From Promethearchaeia archaeon (GTDB lineage Archaea > Asgardarchaeota > Lokiarchaeia > Sigyniarchaeales > SOKP01): a stretch of 64,000 bases of DNA. The notes below the pieces were generated by a model, which made no database searches, was not told where the DNA came from, and saw only the letters and a program-made list of their open reading frames with translations. The translations under genes were made by a program, and so were the position numbers. This document shows positions 58,892-64,000 of the stretch, in pieces (positions within the stretch are counted from its first letter, which is position 1; the number at the start of each line of letters is the position of its first letter). Where the stretch lies: positions 352,001 through 416,000 of the forward strand of contig JAHQWG010000016.1 in the NCBI GenBank assembly GCA_029856045.1, in the 5' to 3' direction.

Positions 58892-61639
58892 TTAATCATT
58901 AGATTCAATATCTTCTATTTTTTTCTTTATTTCACTCAATTTCTCTATTGCTTTTAGTGGAGTAATATTGTTAATATCGATATTATTAATAATCTCAAAT
59001 AATCTTTTATATTCTTCATTTATTTCATGTTTTATTTTCAAAATTGGCTTAAAAAATGATGTTTGTACAGTTTTTCCAGATTTTTTTATTTCTTTTTTCC
59101 TAAGTCTAGGAGTCTCCTTTTTTATATTATTTCCATTTCTAATTGTTTCTCTAAAAGTATCATTTTTTTCTATCTGTTCAAGAACCTTAAAAGCTCTTAC
59201 AATCGTATCTTCTGGAATACCAGCAAGTCGTGCAATATGTATGCCATACGATTTATCTGTACTTCCTTCTTGAACTTTTCTAATAAATGTTATATTACTT
59301 TCCTCATCTTCCTTTATATCTAAATGATAATTTTTTACTCGAGGAAGTTTAATTTCGGTAAGCTGATGAAAATGCGTAGAAAATAAAGTTTTTACTTTCA
59401 TGGAATGTAATTTTTCTAAAGTTGCTATTGCTATTGCACCTCCATCTGAGGATGATGTCCCCCTCCCTAACTCGTCAATGATTATAAGGCTTTTTGGAGT
59501 AGAATAATTAAGGATTTTTGCAGTTTCGTTCATTTCTATCATGAAAGTGCTTAATCGTCTCGCAAGGTCGTCTGAGGCTCCAATTCTTGTAAAAATTCTG
59601 TCAATAATCCCAATTTCCGCCGATTTTGCTGGGACAAAACTCCCCATTTGTGCAATCAAACAAATTAATGCCACTTGTCTTAAAAATGTTGATTTTCCTG
59701 CCATATTCGGTCCTGTGATTATCAAGATTTGTTCTTTCTCCGTATCCATATAGCAATCATTTGGTATAAATGGTTCTGAAAAATTAATCTGTTCGACAAT
59801 AGGATGACGCCCATCTTTAATAATTATCTTATCATCATCTCGTATAATCGGTCTGCAATAATCATATTTTTCTGCAATTTCAGCAAAAGTACATAATACA
59901 TCAATCATTGCAATTGATTCAGAAACGTTTCCAATATCAACAGTGTGCATAATTACTTTCTCTCTTATTTCTGAAAACAGTTGATACTCCAAATCATTAA
60001 TTGATTCCTCAGCTGTTATAATTTTTTCCTCCCATTCATTGAGTTCTTTACTTTTATATCTTACAGCATTTTTTATAGACGACCTTGATATAAATTCTTC
60101 GGGAAAATTTCTAATTTTGGATTTTGTAGCATTAGTAATTTCTATAAAATATCCTAAAATGTTATTATGCGATACCTTAATCCCTGTTTGTATTGCAAAA
60201 CGTCGTTTTAACGATTTCTCAAATTTTAACATCCAACTTTTTCCATTATTGATTATGTCTCGATATTCATCGACTATTTGATTATAACCTTCTTTAATTA
60301 TTCCACCTTCTTTTATGGTAGTTGGAGGATTTTCTGCAATGGAATTCTTAATTAAGTCTCGAATTACTGAAAAATCTTTAATTTTTTTTAAAAAACTTTC
60401 TAATTCTGGAGTTTTTCCTTTTTTCAACAAATCTATAATTTCTGGAATTATTTCGAGTGAATTTTTCAAATTTAATAAATCTCTCGCATTTGCAGAACGA
60501 GAATAATTAATCTTATTAATAATTCGCTCAAGATCCCCCATTTTCTCAAGTCTATCCCGAAGATCAGACCTTAAAAAAACATCATCCTTAAATTTTTGAA
60601 CGATTTCTAATCGTTGGTTAATTTGATCTTTATTTATAAGTGGTTCTACAATAATTTTAGCTAATAAACGACCACCCATAGGCGTTTGAGTATGATTAAA
60701 AATGGAAAAAAGAGTTGCATCTTTTCCTCGGTCCCTAATATTCCTTAATAGTTCTAAATTTCTCTGAGTAGAATAATCTAAATTTAATACGTCCTTTTGT
60801 TTAATAACCTTAATTTGAAAAATATTTGGTATAATATCTCTTTGAGTTTCCTTTAAAAATGCTAGTAAGCCACCAGAGGCTTGCACTGCTATTTGTAAAT
60901 ATTCTAAATCAAAAGGTTCAAGATTACTCAAATTAAAATGCTTAACAATTATGGAATATCCATTTTCATATTCAAAAACATAATCTTGAAATTCTTTTAT
61001 TATACATTTACTAATATCTTTAATTTTTATTATGAAATCCTCATCTTGATAAAGATTAGAGGGAACAATTAACTCAACTGGACTATATCGAGAAAAAATC
61101 GCTAAAAGATCTTCCTCAGCAATACCTTCTTTTGATTCAAATTGAGTGGTTGAAAATTCTCCAGTTGATAAATCGGCAAATGCAATCCCATAGCCTTTTT
61201 TACCTTTAAAAATCGAAGAAATGTAATTATTCTCATTTGTTTTAAGCATATCCGATTCGATAATTGTTCCAGGTGACATTATCCTCACTACACCTCGCTT
61301 GACAATTCTTCCCCTCGCATCTGCTGGGTCCTCTAGCTGCTCCACAATAACAACAGTTTCTCCTAAATTCACAAGATTTTTAAAATAATTTCCAGAGTGA
61401 TGTGGAACACCAGCTAATGGATAAGAGTCTTTTCCTCCAAATGTTCTTCTTGTGAGCGTAATACCTAATAATTTTGAAATTCTAATTGCATCATCATAAA
61501 AGAACTCAAAAAAATCTCCCATCCGATATGCAACCAACTGATTTGAATATTTGGATTTAATATCGTACCAATGACGCATCATAGGCGTAAGTTTATTGGG
61601 GTTTAAGTCCTTGTAAGAACTCATTGAGAAGTATATCAC
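58892..61639 (-). CDS. mutS: DNA mismatch repair protein MutS (MutS1)
   Basis: TPMM, RMGDFFE (mismatch-recognition Phe), GRHP, GPNMAGKST, STFMIEM, DELGRGT and SYGI..A.LAG.P. Confidence 0.97.
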   Translation of the reverse strand: MIYFSMSSYKDLNPNKLTPMMRHWYDIKSKYSNQLVAYRMGDFFEFFYDDAIRISKLLGITLTRRTFGGKDSYPLAGVPHHSGNYFKNLVNLGETVVIVEQLEDPADARGRIVKRGVVRIMSPGTIIESDMLKTNENNYISSIFKGKKGYGIAFADLSTGEFSTTQFESKEGIAEEDLLAIFSRYSPVELIVPSNLYQDEDFIIKIKDISKCIIKEFQDYVFEYENGYSIIVKHFNLSNLEPFDLEYLQIAVQASGGLLAFLKETQRDIIPNIFQIKVIKQKDVLNLDYSTQRNLELLRNIRDRGKDATLFSIFNHTQTPMGGRLLAKIIVEPLINKDQINQRLEIVQKFKDDVFLRSDLRDRLEKMGDLERIINKINYSRSANARDLLNLKNSLEIIPEIIDLLKKGKTPELESFLKKIKDFSVIRDLIKNSIAENPPTTIKEGGIIKEGYNQIVDEYRDIINNGKSWMLKFEKSLKRRFAIQTGIKVSHNNILGYFIEITNATKSKIRNFPEEFISRSSIKNAVRYKSKELNEWEEKIITAEESINDLEYQLFSEIREKVIMHTVDIGNVSESIAMIDVLCTFAEIAEKYDYCRPIIRDDDKIIIKDGRHPIVEQINFSEPFIPNDCYMDTEKEQILIITGPNMAGKSTFLRQVALICLIAQMGSFVPAKSAEIGIIDRIFTRIGASDDLARRLSTFMIEMNETAKILNYSTPKSLIIIDELGRGTSSSDGGAIAIATLEKLHSMKVKTLFSTHFHQLTEIKLPRVKNYHLDIKEDEESNITFIRKVQEGSTDKSYGIHIARLAGIPEDTIVRAFKVLEQIEKNDTFRETIRNGNNIKKETPRLRKKEIKKSGKTVQTSFFKPILKIKHEINEEYKRLFEIINNIDINNITPLKAIEKLSEIKKKIEDIESND

Positions 61640-61805
61640 TAATTTCCTTAATTATTTACCTAATTAAAATATAATTTCTTAATTTAAATAAAATATCTCC
61701 GTTAAATTTTAATGATTTTTATTAAGATGATAACATAATACAAAGCTTTTTTTTAGATTTTAATTCTTTTTAATTAAAAAATGATTAATAGAAGAAAGTT
61801 ATTTT

Positions 61806-62639
61806 ATGAAGCATTTAGAAAGTGAATTTGAGGGTATTAAAGGATTAAAAATATATTATCAAGCATGGTTTCCAGAAACTCCTAAGGCTGTTATTCAGAT
61901 TGTACATGGATTTGGTAGTCATTCTGATAGATATTTGAATGTTGTAAATGAGTTAGTTCCAATTGATTATGCAATTTATGCTGATGATCGTAGAGGTCAA
62001 GGTAAATCCGAAGGAAAAAGAAATTATGCAGATTCTCTTGATCAGTATGTAGAAGATGAAAAATTGTTATATGAAATAATAAAAAAACAACATCCTAATT
62101 TACCAATTTTTATGCTGGGTCACTCTATGGGTTCATTTATTGCGGTATATTTCACAAAGAAATATGAAAATTTGTTAAATGGTCTTATCCTTTCGGGCAC
62201 AGGTACAAAAGCTGGCAGAAAAGTAAGTAGATTTTTAAAATTTATTGCTAAACTCTTCTCAAAAATTGCGCCACATATGAAAATAAGTACAGGACTTGAT
62301 GCAAAATTACTCAGCCACGACCCTGAAGTAGTAAGAAATTACGAACAAGACCCCTATGTTCATAAAGATAAAATTTCTATGAGACTTAGCTTTGAGGTGT
62401 TAAAATATTTCAATGAAGTTCAAACATTTGTGAATACTTTTAAACTTCCATTATTAGTTCAATGTGGCTCAGAAGATAAATTAACCGCAGGAACAGAAAT
62501 TCTTAAAGACATATTTAAAATGGAAGATAAAACCATTATTATTTACGATGGTTTATATCACGAGGTTTATAATGAAGTAGAAGAAGATCGGGAAAAGGTC
62601 TTAAAAGATCTTAGTGATTGGTTAGAAAAACATGTTTAA
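61806..62639 (+). CDS. Lysophospholipase/monoacylglycerol lipase (Hydrolase_4)
   Basis: HGFGSHS.RY, D.RG.G.S.G, GHSMG and YHEVYNE. Confidence 0.88.
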   Translation: MKHLESEFEGIKGLKIYYQAWFPETPKAVIQIVHGFGSHSDRYLNVVNELVPIDYAIYADDRRGQGKSEGKRNYADSLDQYVEDEKLLYEIIKKQHPNLPIFMLGHSMGSFIAVYFTKKYENLLNGLILSGTGTKAGRKVSRFLKFIAKLFSKIAPHMKISTGLDAKLLSHDPEVVRNYEQDPYVHKDKISMRLSFEVLKYFNEVQTFVNTFKLPLLVQCGSEDKLTAGTEILKDIFKMEDKTIIIYDGLYHEVYNEVEEDREKVLKDLSDWLEKHV

Positions 62640-62703
62640 TATATTTTCTTAAGGTGCGAAGTAAAAGTTAAAAAATAAAATAAGAAAAAATATATTTAAT
62701 AAA

Positions 62704-63549
62704 TTATAGATGGTTATTCAACCATTCTTCCATATCCTTAAAAACTTTATGCCGCTCTTTCTCATTCCACAATTCGTGTAAAAATCCCTCATATGAAATG
62801 AATTTTTTGTCCTCAATTTCTAATTTCTCGTAAAATTCTTTTGTCTTTTCAAGATCGACGATTTTATCGTTGCCAGCTTGCATTATTAAACAAGGAACTT
62901 TCAATTTATTAACATTTTTAAGTGGATATTTCATACCTTTTTCCATTACGCCATAAGTTGTTGTCGTAATCGCAACCAACTTCTCCTGATCTTCAATATG
63001 CTCTTTCAAAATCTCTGGATCATTGGTTAAATCTTCCTGCACTAACTCAATAGCTACTTGTGCTTTTGGAGCAATTTTCACTAATAGTGGGAAAATGGCT
63101 TTAGCAATTTTTTGAGTAAGATTCAATTTTAATGCTAACCCTAGTTCTGGAGATGATACCAAAACTCCAGGAAGTTCAGGATGCTCTATCGCATATATTA
63201 AAGATAATGCTCCTCCAAATGAATGCCCTATTAAAAAAACTTTTTTTTCTCCTGCCTCTTTCTTAATCAAATCAAAAAAGATTTGAATATCTTGCTGGAT
63301 ATGGTTTAAAGATTTTATATGTCCTTTCAGATCTCCTGCATTTCTCCAATGTCCCCTTAAATCAAATGAATATACTGCAAAACCTTTTTCGATGAAATAT
63401 TTAGCAGGTACAGCTATTCTATCTGAATGTGTACCCCATCCATGCATTGCTATTAAATATGCCTTAATCTCTCCAGAATCGGGTAACCAATATTGATAAA
63501 ACATCTTCCGTTGTTCAAATCCTTCAAAATAACCTGTTTCATTTTTCAT
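62704..63549 (-). CDS. Lysophospholipase/monoacylglycerol lipase (Hydrolase_4)
   Basis: HGWGTHS, DLRGH, GHSFGG and LHELWNE. Confidence 0.88.
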   Translation of the reverse strand: MKNETGYFEGFEQRKMFYQYWLPDSGEIKAYLIAMHGWGTHSDRIAVPAKYFIEKGFAVYSFDLRGHWRNAGDLKGHIKSLNHIQQDIQIFFDLIKKEAGEKKVFLIGHSFGGALSLIYAIEHPELPGVLVSSPELGLALKLNLTQKIAKAIFPLLVKIAPKAQVAIELVQEDLTNDPEILKEHIEDQEKLVAITTTTYGVMEKGMKYPLKNVNKLKVPCLIMQAGNDKIVDLEKTKEFYEKLEIEDKKFISYEGFLHELWNEKERHKVFKDMEEWLNNHL

Positions 63550-63708
63550 AACAAATCACAATTAATTGGTAATTTTATAATATTAGATATCTTTAATTTA
63601 ATTTTATTTATTATTATCAGTAAATTTTTAATTTATTTTTTTATTATTCTTAAAGAAATTACATTAAATTATTAAATTTCTTAATATAAAAAAGAGTACC
63701 AGAAAGAA

Positions 63709-64000
63709 ATGTCGGATGTAGAAGAAATAACCGAAATTGCTATCTTCGGTAGAGGAGGCCAAGGTTGCGTATTAGCCTCCCAAATTATTGTAGAAGCAGC
63801 CTATTTAAGCGGAAACTATAAAGATGTTGTTGCATTTCCATCATTTGGAGCTGAACGCAGAGGAGCTCCAGTTCAGGCATTTGCTCGTATCTCAAAAAAT
63901 AAAAAAATTTGGACTCGAGCACAAATTCAACGTCCAGATATTGCCATTGTTTTAGATGAGACGGTCATAACTCCGGATATTATTAAAAATATTAAAGAAA
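63709..64000 (+). CDS. porG: Second 2-oxoacid:ferredoxin oxidoreductase gamma subunit (3'-truncated by the window edge)
   Basis: MSDVEEITEIAIFGRGGQGCVLASQ...FPSFGAERRGAPVQAFARIS; the frame is open to the window end. Confidence 0.9.
   Translation, partial: MSDVEEITEIAIFGRGGQGCVLASQIIVEAAYLSGNYKDVVAFPSFGAERRGAPVQAFARISKNKKIWTRAQIQRPDIAIVLDETVITPDIIKNIKE

Noticed and set aside
1-64000. CRISPR array, IS element, integrase or prophage
   Set aside because: No regularly spaced direct repeats and no transposase, integrase, cas or virion genes were recognised.

Overview
AT-rich, gene-dense chromosomal segment of an Asgard archaeon, most likely Lokiarchaeia/Promethearchaeia. The assignment rests on a typical Lokiactin (49059-50201), a Rab-like GTPase with a C-terminal zinc ribbon, a roadblock/LC7 protein, archaeal informational genes (srp54, eIF5A, rpoK, fen1, hef, cdc48, tyrS, EF-1beta, zpr1) and an intron-containing tRNA-Val(CAC). 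The rest is mostly core metabolism and repair: a porGDAB operon plus the start of a second porG, a PPi-type PFK, purB/purM, pyrC, nadC, nadK, tldD/pmbA, a PiT transporter between two DUF47 genes, mutS-mutL, a multi-PAS/GAF histidine kinase and several lipid hydrolases. I see no CRISPR array, rRNA, transposase, integrase or prophage, and I cannot demonstrate a complete new system from sequence alone. The best leads are: a GC-rich K-turn hairpin directly upstream of srp54; a densely structured, possibly switchable leader upstream of tyrS; a NikR-fold regulator that has lost its nickel ligands, head-to-head with a STAS/SpoIIAA-like gene; a CPBP protease, Vps29-like, roadblock cluster; and clamp-binding motifs in bacterial-type MutS/MutL. 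Features missing from the supplied ORF track were added: the tRNA, a 55-aa zinc-finger gene, the partial genes at both ends and a probable pseudogene remnant. All family assignments are from motif recognition by eye; no searches were run.
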